DNA of 64,000 nucleotides from Epithemia pelagica (lineage: Eukaryota > Protista > Bacillariophyta), in assembly GCA_946965045.2 (NCBI GenBank), contig OX337238.1, positions 186,001 through 250,000 on the forward strand. Reading direction: 5' to 3'. Below are positions 1 to 12,843 of this stretch, piece after piece. The notes under the pieces were generated by a model. It was not told the origin of the DNA, searched no databases, and saw only the letters and a program-made list of their open reading frames with translations. The stretch's first letter is position 1; every line of letters starts with the position of its first letter. Both the position numbers and the translations under genes were made by a program.

Positions 1-1658
1 TGGTCGACACTCATGGCACTGGCACTGGCAGTCTGCGATTGATTGGGACGACGATTGCGACAATCCCAGGGGCGTCGTCCTTGTCCATCATGGTAGTCGC
101 GATCCCGCTTGTATCGTCGTTGGGTCGTAATCACCAACACGACACCCAACAAACACAAGCCGACCGTGACACTAATCAAAATGGCTATGACCATGACCGA
201 TTGTCCGTCATCTTCGTCGTCCTTCTTGGAGGTTTGACCCAAGTGCGTAGGATTTTGAAAGGCTGAATTGTCATCGTCCGTTCCAGTCGTCTGGTCGTCC
301 GTGGTGTCTAGAGTTTCGTCGTCGTGGACCGTTTCGTGAACGACGGCCGACAAGGCCAATTCTTCCAGTATTGTGGGAAGGACCAACTCCACGACGGTTT
401 CAAAGGCCGTGTCAATGCGCTCCGTCAGCGTTTCGAGAGTCGTGCTGGTTTCCAACTGTCGTTGTCGAGTGCGTCGTCGTACTGTAGTTGGTGGTGGTTG
501 CACATAGACACGGACTTGAAACTGACCCGCCAGTTCCCAACAGTCATTGTCTCCTGCAGCTGTTGTGGCACAGGGTCCCACGACATAATCGGACGACGAC
601 GACGATTTGAGCAATTCCAATTGCATCCAGTCTCCTGCTGGAGCATCGTTGGCACACAAGACAGTGGCCACGGCGTGTTGCAGGAGCGCATGTCCCTCAT
701 GGGCCAAAGTTTGCAAAATGGTCGCCACATCCTCTTGGTTGTCAGTGGTGGGTGAATTCACCCAATAGGCATAGGAAATGGTTTGGTCCTGTCCCAGACT
801 ATAGTCAGTGCCAATGTCCCGACGACAGGTATGCGAGACGGTAGTCTGGGTATCGGTAGTACTGGTCAAGACGTCAACTCCAAAAGGATCCACAGACGGA
901 GGCGACGACGACTCGACTTGAGTCGAGGAAGGCGTCGACGACGGAACCGAGGATGGGGTGGCTGTGGGCGCGGCAGTCGGAAGCTGGGATGGTGCTGCAC
1001 TGAACGTAATGGTGGCTCGCGTGCCATCATCATTTGTGGAAGGCGTGGACGACGGGACGGAACTGGTCGGAAGAGCCGTCGTGGGAGTGTCGGTCGAGGG
1101 TGCCTGCGTTGTGGTGGGCATCGCCGACGGTGTGGACGACGGAACGGCTGCAATCGTGGGTGCCGCCGACCGCGTCGTTGTGGGGACCAGAGATGGTGTT
1201 GTCGAGGGACTTGTAGTTGTTGTTGTAGCGGGCAAGGACGGAGGCGTCATTGGCGCCATTGTCGGTGTGGCAGTGGGGGATGCCGTGGGATCCACTACCA
1301 ATGACACGGTCGGACTGGGTGTGGTTGGACTGGGCGTAGTAGGACTGGGTGTTGTTGGACTGGGCGTCGTGGGACCCACGGTTGGATTGGCCGTCGGTGC
1401 GGGTGCTGTAGGTGGTGGAGTCGACGCCACAGGTGCCGGGGTCGGAGGAGAAATGGGTGCAAGAGTCGGAGCAGCAATGGGTGCCGGGGTCGGAGGAGGG
1501 GGACTGGAACTCGGAGATGCCTTCTTTACTTGTGCGTGAGCCGTTTGGATGGATATCATGCCTAGTAGAGCCATCAACAACACCATGGTTGGACGTTGTC
1601 GTTGTCGTCTTGGTCGAACGGTGGAACTTGTTGTAGTGGTTGGGTGGACAGAATTCAT
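1..1658 (-). CDS. Mucin-like Ser/Thr/Pro-rich type I membrane protein, 3' end runs off the window
   Basis: Hand translation of the minus strand is open from ATG 1658 (or in-frame ATG 1586) to the window edge. It shows a signal-peptide-like MVLLMALLGMISIQTAHAQ, long PT/PS repeats (TTPSP x4), a Cys-containing globular part, then a hydrophobic VMVIAILISVTVGLCLLGVVLVIT followed by basic QRRYKR. It is absent from the ORF track, presumably because there is no stop inside the window. Confidence 0.8.
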   Translation of the reverse strand, partial: MNSVHPTTTTSSTVRPRRQRQRPTMVLLMALLGMISIQTAHAQVKKASPSSSPPPPTPAPIAAPTLAPISPPTPAPVASTPPPTAPAPTANPTVGPTTPSPTTPSPTTPSPTTPSPTVSLVVDPTASPTATPTMAPMTPPSLPATTTTTSPSTTPSLVPTTTRSAAPTIAAVPSSTPSAMPTTTQAPSTDTPTTALPTSSVPSSTPSTNDDGTRATITFSAAPSQLPTAAPTATPSSVPSSTPSSTQVESSSPPSVDPFGVDVLTSTTDTQTTVSHTCRRDIGTDYSLGQDQTISYAYWVNSPTTDNQEDVATILQTLAHEGHALLQHAVATVLCANDAPAGDWMQLELLKSSSSSDYVVGPCATTAAGDNDCWELAGQFQVRVYVQPPPTTVRRRTRQRQLETSTTLETLTERIDTAFETVVELVLPTILEELALSAVVHETVHDDETLDTTDDQTTGTDDDNSAFQNPTHLGQTSKKDDEDDGQSVMVIAILISVTVGLCLLGVVLVITTQRRYKRDRDYHDGQGRRPWDCRNRRPNQSQTASASAMSVD

Positions 1659-3753
1659 CTTGGTTGGAATCGTTTTTTTATGACTTGTGTGTGTGTGTTT
1701 CCTTTCTGGTTTGGCTCGGTTGTTTCTTTCGTTGCGCACCTTTTCGGATGCAATGAATGAGAGTACAAGAGAAGGACTGGTTGGAGATTGGTCCAAAATG
1801 GTAAATTTCGACAACGAGAGGAATGGCGCCAAGTGAGAATCGGCTAGTTTTCAATTGCTTTGGTGCATCCATTCTCTGTCCCACATTGTGTATCGACTCC
1901 TACGTACAAGAATATTGTCCACTTCCCCCATTTTTGGGAGAATTTCCAGTACCATATGTGATTGCACTATAGACATAATTGTACGATGATCCGTTTGCGC
2001 GCAAGGCGGCCGTTCGCCAAGGCTCGCGGGGGAGCCGTTGAACAAAAAACTTGGTCCGTTGCCATCAAACGGACCAAAAAATGTTGTGGTCCGAATTTGA
2101 CGCGCCATTGGTAACATATATATTTTTCTTTTTTTTTGGCCACTCCCTCCGAAAATTGTAGTCGTTGGAACCGTTGACACCAAGAATCTTGGGCGACGAC
2201 CGAGGACCAGCTTGCGAGATTCGTTCTTGTGCTCTCCATCCGTGAGAGGGCCAAACCAATCGTCAATCGTAGCGAACGTTCATTTTTGTTCTCAAAGTAC
2301 ATAGACAACGGCTCTATTTTTTGGAAATTCAAAAAAAGTCGTAGCTCTAGAAATTTCGCCAACCGACACGCAACGGATTCCCAAAAAACAATTGACCATA
2401 GTCTCTGCCCGCCATTGGGTGGCCATGGTCCAACGTTTCGTTCGAGTGAAAAGGAATGAAGGAATCTGAAGGAATAGGACAACATCCATCGCTTTGTTGT
2501 TCTTTTTTTGTTTAGAAGAACAACGGTGTACCTCCAAATCCTCCTTCACACACCACCAAATAATATGGTGTGTCTACCAACCTAGAGAGAGAACGATGGA
2601 ATGTTTGGTGTGGTCGCTCTCTTTTGGAGAAGTGCAATTCCAGCCACGCTCTTTACTCAGACCGCAGACTCACCACACGCACCCCCAAAAAACTCTGTCC
2701 AGCCACAATAAGAGGAACAACTCCAACAACCAGAGTGAATCTGTGTGTCTCTGCTTTCTCTCTAGGTTAGACAACGAGCAAGGTATGTCTGGTGGTTTCC
2801 AAGAATATATAATGGTGGTCCGAACCTGTACATCACGAATCGAGGAGGAAGAAAGGTACAATGCATAGAGATTATATTGAATAGCTATCCTCCGACGGAA
2901 ACCGTGCTGTAGCGGCAACCGCGGGCGATAGGTCGCTTTTCGATCGCGTTAGAAGACAGGATCGAAGAGAAAAGAGAACCCGAAGGGATTGTGAGAAAGG
3001 CGAAACCAGAAACCATTAGCATTTGGGGGAATAATGGGCGTAGAGAACCGAGCGTTCTACGAATACGAATTGATCAAAACTAGGCGTGATGGTAAGATTT
3101 CGCTTTCATTGATTTTGAACATATCGCTTAAGGAACCGCTCAAAAGTGAGCATGACGTACCACAAGGACGGATTTCCCGACCACTTTGTGAGCAAGCAAG
3201 AAGTGGTTGCTGGCTGTACCACGTTGATCTTGCTTTGACACTTTGAGAGATGCAATAGCACCGTCCGACGACAGATTCCCCAACCAGCAGCAAAATAGTG
3301 TTCAAGTATAGTTTGTATAGTACAAATCGATCTATATAGAATATAGTCGGGGTTAGCCCATCGATTATTCAAAACTCTATGTAATGTTGATATCGAGAGA
3401 AGAAGAAATAAAGAAATAATTTTATCAACAGAGAGAATAATGATTCCTCGTTTCCCTCGTCATCGTCCAAGGTGTTGGATCTAAAACACTTGTTGTGAAG
3501 AAGAAACCAACACTCCACTGCAGGTCTCTCTGTGTGACAAAAGGAACGAGAGACCAAGTCGTCCGTCCTGAAACGGAACCAAAGAGGCCCCAATCTAGCT
3601 ATATAGTTAGAGGAGACCAAACAAGAGAGAGAGATCGAGATCGAGAGAGAAAGAAACGAGGATCGTTGAAAAGAGAGGAACGACAGCCACCAAAAGGCGC
3701 GCAGCAGCAGCAGCAGCACCAACAACAACATCAACTCGGAACGAATCTCCACC

Positions 3754-6700
3754 ATGACTCTGCCACACAAGACGACGAACAAGAATGACAACGATGACTT
3801 GTTGGCGGCTGCGACCCTTGGAGATGCTGAACACCACCACCTGGACCACAACGACAATTCGTCTAGTAGTAGTTACCATTTACTGGATGTGTTGGAGGGA
3901 GCGGACGCATTCTCTTCTTGCTTCAGCAGCAGCAGTAGCAGTGACGAGGAAGAAGATCTTACCACGACGTTGGAAGGCAGCAGCGGTCGGCATTCCCATG
4001 CCTTTTTCTCCTCTTCCTTGTATCCTTACAATTCAAATTCTCAGTCCTCCCTTACGAAACGCAAACAACGCAAACGAAAAAAAGCAGGGTTCCGACACCC
4101 ACAACCATCAGGACTCTACAACGGCTTCCGAAAAAGGATGATACATTTTCCTGGTGGCATCGATGGATGGTCGTCCTGGCCTTGCTGGCTGTGGGCAGTC
4201 TCTTGTCGTGGCAAACCCATCGTCGCTTGACGCAACAAACCGTCGATCGGGCCACGACCCAATTTTACGTCTTGGCGAACAAAGTCAAGGATATTCCCAC
4301 CAATCATTTTCAAACCATGATGACAGAATGTCAAGCGCTCAGTCGCACCATTTCGGCGCAATTGGGAACGAACCACAACTCTACCCATCACAACCGGACC
4401 TTTCCCTTTGTCACGGTGCAAAATTGGGAATTGTATGCCAGTCAAGCCCGACATCGGAGTGGATCCATTGAATTTATTACCCTCAATCCGTGGTTGTATT
4501 CACCAAAAGATATTCAAGACTTTAATACCTATGCCAATCAACACATGGAAACCTGGCAACGCCAAAGCATTCAACAATATCGACAATTGAATCGACCGCC
4601 CACCAAAAAGACAACGAACTCATTCACCACCACTACCGATCCTTTTTCCATATCCGACGGCACCAATCATAGCCATACTCCTCCTCCAGACCACGACGAC
4701 GACAACTTTGTCATTCGGACCAATACCTTGGTCCATGTCACGGATCCCAATCAACCCTGGTTGCAACTCCCCTCTACCGGCGAGTCGGGAGAGCCAGCCC
4801 TGCCCGTCTGGATGCAATCGCCACCGGCCCGGGCCCTATCCTCCTTTACCAATCCCTTTGCCACATCGTCAAACGACGAGGGAGATGGGGATGAAACCAA
4901 TGGACCACCACCACCTACCAACAACAAAAACAATAATACTAACACGACGCGGAGTCCAGGGACGGGCCCGCCTGCGGAGGCAGTGGCAGCCGCCGCAGCA
5001 GCCTCGTCTTCTTGGATCATGTCGGACTTGTATCCCTTTTGGAAATATTCCACACAAGCCGTCATGGCCACACAAGGTACGGATATATATATCGTCACAG
5101 AATGGGAGGATCCAGACCCTTTGTGGAACACCAATTTTTGGAACAAACGCACTCACCCAAACCTGTCGTTTGTTTGTGTGTTTGTGTCGCTGTTGCTACT
5201 CTTGTTTGTTTGTCTTGTTCTTTTTCTTGCTTGGTGGTTCCTTCGTTGTACCAACACAGAAACGGTCTTGGGTCCCATGAATGTGGAAATTGGCCGACGC
5301 ATGGATTTTATCGTGGGAGATCAAGCCCATACCGATTTTCATACCCGATTGCATGGCAACAAGAAGCAGGGCAATATCAAAACATCGATTCAAGCCCATG
5401 GAACCTTTTATACACCCGTGGCCAGTCATTGGGCGCCGCCACCACGAGCACCACAACCACAGAATGACACCACTACAAAGACGGAAATTGGGGCCATTTT
5501 GGGTGGCATTTTTGCCTACGATGTCTTTTTGGTCAATATCTTGCCCAATGGGATTCGAGGCATTACCGTCGTCATCACCGATACCTGCAATGCCTCCTTT
5601 ACCTACGAACTCGATGGAAATGAGGTACGGAGGAACGCAGATGCCAACATGAATGATATGGAATGACACACCAACTGACCGTTTTCGTCCACTGTTTTGT
5701 TCTTTTGGTCCTTTCTTCATACTTTTTCGTCTTGGTCAGGCCACGCTCCTTGGTCCAGGAGATTTGTCCGATTCGAACTATGCCGATTTGACCTTTGCCA
5801 TTCATTTTGACGATTACTTGTATGCCAATCCAAAAATCATGCAAAACGTTCCCGGTCAATGCAGTTGCACCTTCCTCGTCACCCCCACGGCATTGTACAT
5901 GCAAGACCATGAATCGTCCATTCCCATTAACTTGTCTCTGGTCATGGCCACAATTTTTGGGGTCATGGTCCTTTTCTTTTTCATCTACGACATGCATGTC
6001 CAACGACGCAATACCAAAATGGTGGATACAGCGGCTCGTACGGGAGCACTGGTATCGTCCATTTTTCCACTCTCGTCGGTGCGGGAACGATTGTTGCATT
6101 TGCGAGATCCTGCCAATGTGCACGGCGACGGCGATCCAAAACAGGACAACACCAACGACAACGCCCAAGGCAATGAGAGTGGTGCTGGATTGTCCTTGCA
6201 ACCCACCAAAACACATCTCAAAACCTATCTGGCCAAGGCCAGTGACAATCCCTACAATGATTCCGAACTCATTTTGGCGTCGAAACCAATTGCCGACTTG
6301 TTTACGGAAACCACCATCATGTTTGCCGATATTTGTGGCTTTACGGCCTGGAGTTCGGTCCGGGAACCCTCACAAGTATTCACCCTGTTGGAAACAGTCT
6401 ATCAGGCCTTTGATGTGTAAGTGCTTGCAGAGACTGGCGGCCAGTCTCTGCAAATGTAGAGGACAAGCCATTTTGTGATAATGTTTTCTCACCAGTACTC
6501 TCATCCTTGGATCGCATCGTGGACAGAATTGCCAAGCGTCGAGGGGTCTTCAAGGTGGAAACTGTGGGAGATTGTTATGTGGCCGTCTGTGGCCTACCAG
6601 ATCCCAGAAAGGACCATGCCGTTGTCATGGCCCGATTTGCGCGGGAATGCATGAATCGAATGAAAGAGCTGACCCGGAAACTCGAAGTCTACCTCGGTCC

Positions 6701-9079
6701 CGATACAGGAGATTTGGGCATGCGTGTAGGAATTCACAGTGGACCAGGTACGTTTGTGAAACCTTTGGTGTCCTGATATGGTTTGGTCCACGCTTTTGAA
6801 ACAACACTCATGACCAATGCGCGATTTACTGGTTTTGATAACAACAATGTACTTGCTTTGATCGTTTCTATGCTACAGTCACGGCTGGTGTCCTGCGCGG
6901 AAAACGCTCACGGTTTCAATTGTTTGGGGACACAATGAATACCGCTTCGAGAATGGAAAGTACCTGTGAAGTGAATCATATTCAAGTCTCGGAGGAGACT
7001 TCCAAGTTGCTCACATCTGCGGGGAAAGAACACTGGCTTGCTCCGCGCGACCAACCAGTCCAAGCAAAAGGCAAAGGCATTCTCACTACTTTTTGGCTCA
7101 AACGAGGCTACAATTCTGGAGATCGGTATTCCGACGATGGGGGGAATTCCTCGTCGCACGACTTTGGAACCTTGTCGTGTTCCTACCTTGGTTGTGACTT
7201 GTCCTCGCGCAAGACCACACGTCTCATTGACTGGTACGTGGAGGTTTTGTCTTCGCTGTTGAAACAAATTGTGCGAAGAAGAAGGGTCATGGGTAAGGAT
7301 GTCGAAGACGAGGAACAACGCAGTCAAATCTGGGATCAAGAGGCCACAATCACGGAAACCCAATCAGAGGGAAGCACCACCACCATTATGGATGAAGTGC
7401 AAGAAGTCATTCAACTTCCGCGAAACAACAATCCCAAGTTGACTCGACGGCGAAGCACCATGAACTTGATGCTGTGGTCGTCGAGAAAAAACAAATCGTC
7501 TAGATCGCTTCAAATGCGTAGAACCTCAATGAACTCAAGCAGTGGCACAACAGAGGCTGGCCTTGAAACCCGACCACAATTGGCGCGCTGCAGGAGCACT
7601 ATGAACTTACGACAGGCGCGTCGAAACTCTTTAGAATCAAATAGTGGCACGAATGCTGGACTTGAAAGCAGACCACAGTTGGTTCGTCGAAGAAGCACAA
7701 TGAACCTTCGACAGGCGCGGAGAAACTCCATGAAATCAGCGAGCAGCGAGGATTTGGAGCTTCGAAACAGACCACAACTTACTCAACGAAGAAGTACCAT
7801 GAACCTACGCTCATCTCAAAGTTCCCTGTCAGATAGCAGACCACAATTGACTCGAAGGAGAAGTACAATGAACTTACGGTCATCCCAAAGTCCGAAGTCA
7901 GACGACATTTCCAGCAGACCTGAGCTTGTGCGAAGACGAAGCACTATGAACTTGAAAAGCTCAAAGACAGGACAACCCCGGCGGAAAAGTTGTCTACATA
8001 CTACAGCATCCTCTTCGGTGGATAACGATGACCTTCCCGAGCTTGTTTCAATGGAACTGGAGGTCTTTGTAACGAATATTGCCGCAATGTATCGAGGAAA
8101 TCCGTCCCACAACTTTGAGCACGCCTCTCATGTTGCCATGTCGGTCGTAAAGTTGCTTTCGAGAATTGTTGCTCCAACCGAAGTTGATTATGACAACTCG
8201 TCGTGTAGGAAAATGAAGCAAGGACGTGGATCAACCTTACATGACCATACCTACGGTATCACATCTGACCCTTTGACGCAGTTTGCGTGTGTCTTTTCCG
8301 CTCTTATTCACGATGCCGACCATCCAGGAGTACCAAACTCTCTGCTTCTAGAAGAAGAAAATACGTTGGCTTCCCGATACAAAGGGAAAAGTGGGGCGGA
8401 GCAAAACTCTGTTGCCTTGGCGTGGAACCTGTTAATGGAAGACCGGTTTCGAAACCTTAGAGCCATTATCTATGTGTCGGAGGAGGAACTCATGCGATTC
8501 CGTCAGCTCGTCGTAAATTCGGTCATGGCGACAGACATTGTCGACAAGGAGCTAAAAGCTTTGCGGAACGAGCGATGGGATAAAGCATTCAACGACAAAA
8601 CACCGTCAAATGAAGACGAGCAAGTTTCATTGAACCGAAAGGCGACCATTGTGATCGAGCATATCATTCAAGCGTCGGATGTGGCCCATACTATGCAGCA
8701 TTGGCATGTGTATCGTAAATGGAATGAGCGCTTTTTCAAGGAATGCTACCAAGCCTACAAAGACGGTCGGTCCGAGCGAAATCCCTCAGATTACTGGTAT
8801 AAGGGAGAACTGGGATTCTTTGACTTTTACATCATCCCTTTAACAAGGAAACTGAAGGATTGCGGAGTATTCGGTGTATCGAGCGACGAGTATTTGGGAT
8901 ACGCGCTCAAGAACCGCCACCAATGGGAACTGTTTGGTCAACAGCATGTGGCTTTGATGGTTGAGCAGATAACATCAAGTGAAGCAGCATTTGAATTGAG
9001 TCACTTGTCAGCCGACGCATTGGAGGATGAGCTGTTTGTGACAGAACCAGGTCAGTGTGAAACCAGGGCGTCGTCTTGA
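3754..9079 (+). CDS. Membrane guanylate/adenylate cyclase fused to an HD-type cyclic-nucleotide phosphodiesterase (GC/PDE), multi-exon, apparently intact
   Basis: Inferred exons 3754-3985, 4045-5076, 5260-5624, 5740-6416, 6527-6747, 6879-9079, all GT-AG and joining in frame. Class III cyclase motifs: FADICGFTAWSS, KVETVGDCY (Glu, guanylate-type), LFGDTMNTASRMES. PDE motifs: HNFEHASHV, IHDADHPG, MATD, QASDVAHT. Two TM segments flank an extracellular domain. Exon 1 is the least certain. Confidence 0.9.
7438..7992 (+). repeat. Coding repeat (RPQ)LxRRRSTMNL x6 in the cyclase-PDE linker
   Basis: Six RSTMNL copies in the 6920..9079 translation, plus RRTS, RRNS x2 and RRKS. Confidence 0.9.
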
Positions 9080-9683
9080 TCATGTGCCTAAAAGTCGCGT
9101 TGTCACGTCAAAATGAGAGCGACATGAAAAGAAAAACCTCAAGAATGCTCACAAAAGACGACCAGTGCAGCGGATATTACGACACAGCCTTTTTGTTGCA
9201 AGAAGTTCTTCTAACATTGTTAATTTGGAATATATTCAAGTCCGTTGCCTTTCATTCATGTGGAGTATTCATAACCCTCCATCGAGCATGAGGTATACAT
9301 GATAGAGGAGTATGTTTCACCAGAAGTAAGATAGTTGTCGGTTTTTTCAAATTTTTCTAGGTAGGAGTAGGTAGGTTCATGAAACTTGTCTATGTGTATA
9401 CGTTCTCCTATATATAAATATATATACATAGCATCCCAATCCGCTTTCCAGCATCTGTTGTTCTCTGGTTGGGGGAATCGAAAGCAGATCCCAAACGTTT
9501 AGCTGCGCGGAGAGATGATGATTCTCATTCCGGTGAAAGTAGTAGTGTACCCACTGCAAACTGTCGTCATAAGCTTAAACAGAACTCGACGGGGCAATAT
9601 TGAGGTCTTCGTTAAAAAACATGACTACTACGAGTACCTACTACCCCTCCTCTCACTCCTCATACTTCATAGGAGTAGATAAT

Positions 9684-12373
9684 ATACCCCCAAGCAGGGG
9701 TGAGTCCAGTCCCGCGTGTCTGAATGCACGATGTGCATTCTCCTTCTCACCCCCTTGGCTCGACCTGGTCGCTCTCGACATTGATACAAATTTCATTCTA
9801 CCTTTATCACTCCTCATCGTGCTTTTCGCTACTCACACCCCAAAATAGATAAGCCCAAAAATTTTCTGTAGGTCAAAATTTTATTCTAGTGTAGCAATGC
9901 AAAATAGCCCGGGAAAAGAAAAAGTAGCACTGACAAAAAGTAGCACCTACAGAAAAACCTAGAGCGCGAAGCACCAAAGACAAAGACCGAGGAGAACCAA
10001 AAGCAGACGAGCCAAAGGACAAGGCAAAACGGACAGGAATGGACGGAGGTTCGCAACAATCCACCAACACCAACAACGGACACAGAGGACAAGAATGCAT
10101 CCTCCATCCTCCCGGAGGCCAGAGGAGGACTCACCGTGGTAGACTTTCCCATTGCGTTCATGATGAGTGCTCTGTGTTGTTGTTTGTTGTGTCGTGTTAT
10201 CATGAGGCTTCGTAGGTAGGACGTAGATTTCTCTAACAACTCGTACTAGAAGAAGGACGCCTCGGCGTTTGATTGGCATGTAATAAATGAGAGACTGATG
10301 TATTTAGAGAGCAAGCGTTAAACTTCATCCGATGTTATCCGATCTAATGACTTAAGTGACTGGGTCATTTAGAAACAATGAAAGATTACCTAGTGTCACG
10401 CCGCGCGTTTGGCACGATTCCTCGCGACAAAGGAAGCATACATAAGTTTATTGCCCCGGGTGACTCCTCGTCGTTGGGGCACTTCTCGGGGCGTAACTTC
10501 TCGTCGGGCTATAGCTTCTCGTCGTGGACTGCCCCTCCGATCCGCTTTCGCGGATCTACGGAGGGCAGTCCACTCCTCGTTGCTATAGCCCTTCTCGTCG
10601 TTACTGCCCCTCGTCGTCCCAAACTTCTCGTCGTCCACCCTCAGCAATAAACTTAGTTATACTACCTCCACACTCCACACATCCATCACGGTGGTGGAGG
10701 TGCAGTGGTATCCAAACGACCTACAACATGTCTTCTTCTTCCCACAAACGTCGGAAGCTTTCTCGCAAGCAAGTCCGAGTAGCCTATGAAGCTCAAGTTC
10801 CATCAAGATAGTCCGTGGCATCTGCAAGAGAACTCCTGTGTCCAAGGCCCGTTCCTCCTCAACCCCTGGCATCGCATACTTTCGTCCTCCTCCCTCCGTT
10901 GCCGTTAGTGGTATTGAAGCCATAAGTGCCAACGCCCCGTATGAAACTCCTTTGGCAAACCGACAGGCACAACAACAACAATCAAGCACACTTGTCAGGT
11001 CGGAACCATCCACATTTCTTGACAGCGCTGCGGCCAGTTCTTTATCCACTCTTCCATCCGATCGAAGCCCCCTCGTCGCCAGTGATGACGACCAAGACAA
11101 ACCAACCGAGTACGCCCGAGACGTGTTGTCGTCCTCACCTCAAAGTGTCTTGTGTCGTGGATTGTACCGATACGTCGTGCGAGAAATTAAGCTTTTGTCG
11201 TTGCAGTGGTAGAGGAATTGCCAGACTCCTTGGAAAGCACTGATGACAAGGATGCAAGCCTTGTTCAAGTATGCCGATCAACAATTGGCCGTGGTCAACG
11301 AGAGACAACAAACCATGTCCCGTTGGGAACGATCGCTCATGGAAGGAGGCATTGCGGGCAGCAACAATGTCAATATTCAACAAGAAGCGGCTGAAGAAAT
11401 GGCTGCCCTCCTTCAAGTTTTTCAGGGCTATGTGGTGGATTAATTGTCCATGGTACCAGCAAACAAACGATGGTTTGCCTTGGCCTTTTTTGCCGCTGAA
11501 TTGGCCGATCTCAAAGCTGGCATTCTCGAACATTGTTGGAAGTGACGGATAGTGTTGAATGATTGCGGCACCCAAATCTGTCTTTGGGAAGGGAACGGAG
11601 GTCGAATACCTATGGAACGAATAGTAGAGTATGAATGGTGTGGTGGAAGATCCCGAATTGGTGGTGGACGATCGAACTGGAGAAGAATTTTTGCTCACGA
11701 CAGTGACCTTTGAGGATGACGGTTCAACGCACAAAAAACTCTCTCGACCGGAAGAAAAGGCACGATGGAGACCCACTCGAGGGCGTTTGTAGGAATCATG
11801 GAAAGCTAATAGCATACAAATAAAATTACCATTGATTCATTGTTTCCCACAATGCCATTCGTATACGACCAGAGATTCATTTCGAACAAACACATCATCT
11901 GGACCGGCCATGGCTCCTACGGTTTTGCATCATTGGCTTGGGAACAACAACACTAACTATATTACTAACTCATTCCGATTGGAGCGAGAAGGATGCGACG
12001 GAAGCGATGTAATATTGCCGTTTACGGAAGAGGGCGATGGATCTTCACCTTCCTTGTTGTTGTTGCGAAATGGGGTGTTTTGCTGGTTGTCCATGCTTGT
12101 GGATGGACAATTGAATGCAACACCAAGTATGCAGAAGTGTTGTTGGTAGTATGGTAAAGCTTAGAGGGGCTTGGGTGTAGTTGGAAAAGCTTCAAGGCGG
12201 ATGAAATCGACCTCACTTGTTTGGCACCGTGGTGGATGCGTTGAGGTGAAATGCAATTTGTATCAATGTCGTAAAATTGCCAATTTTGGGTGGGCGAGCC
12301 AAGGGGGTGAGTAAGAGAATGTACCTTTAGATACGACTTATGTGCGACCTGGACTCACCCCTGCTTGGGGGTA
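9684..12373. mobile_element. Non-autonomous Mutator-like (MULE) element
   Basis: ~120-bp imperfect TIRs with three conserved blocks (TACCCCCAAGCAGGGGTGAGTCCAG; CTCACCCCCTTGGCTCG; CGACATTGATACAAATT). Flanking 9-bp direct repeat GTAGATAAT at 9675-9683 and 12374-12382. No transposase motifs seen inside. Confidence 0.75.
10460..10640 (+). repeat. Degenerate short repeat with CT(T/C)CTCGTCG core
   Basis: About 6-7 copies of the core at irregular 15-30 bp spacing, inside the MULE. Confidence 0.55.
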
Positions 12374-12392
12374 GTAGATAATTGGGCCTCTA

Positions 12393-12843
12393 CTGTATGT
12401 CATAAACTTAATCCAATGCAAAACTTAGAAATAATTCCAAAAAGTAGAGCTTAAGTATAAGATCACGACTGCTACTGAATGACTTAGACGCACAATGACC
12501 AGCTGTGAATCACACGCCAGCATATTTTATACAATATACAAAAATGAATATGTTAATTAGTTGTTCGCGCCGTATTCTCCAAAGACCCCCAGACACTTCT
12601 CTAAATAACAAAGAAGGTTGTGTAAATAATAATGTCACGGGGAAGGCATACGATTCAGAATATTCATGTCTGAATATTTATAACCATTTTGATTTCAGAA
12701 TAAGTTTACGACGAAAGTTCATGAGCCGGGGCCTACCCCCGGACAAATTTCGTCTCAGATTTATCTCAAATCTAAAATGCTCAGGTTATGGGCTCAAATT
12801 TTAGTGCCGGTTGGGATTGAGATTTGGGGGTTACGACATACAG
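12393..12843. mobile_element. MITE with TA target-site duplication (Tc1/mariner-like)
   Basis: TA|CTGTATGTCATAA at 12391 and TTACGACATACAG|TA ending 12845. AT-rich non-coding interior of ~450 bp. The empty site would be the palindrome CTCTAGAG. Confidence 0.65.

Noticed and set aside
783-1636. Plus-strand ORFs such as 958..1539 (Gly/Val-rich)
   Set aside because: Antisense shadows of the Pro/Thr-rich minus-strand gene.
1965-2080. CACTA at 1965 and a 10-bp hairpin at 2051-2077 as a transposon or Helitron end
   Set aside because: I found no partner terminus, TSD or appropriately placed CTRR.
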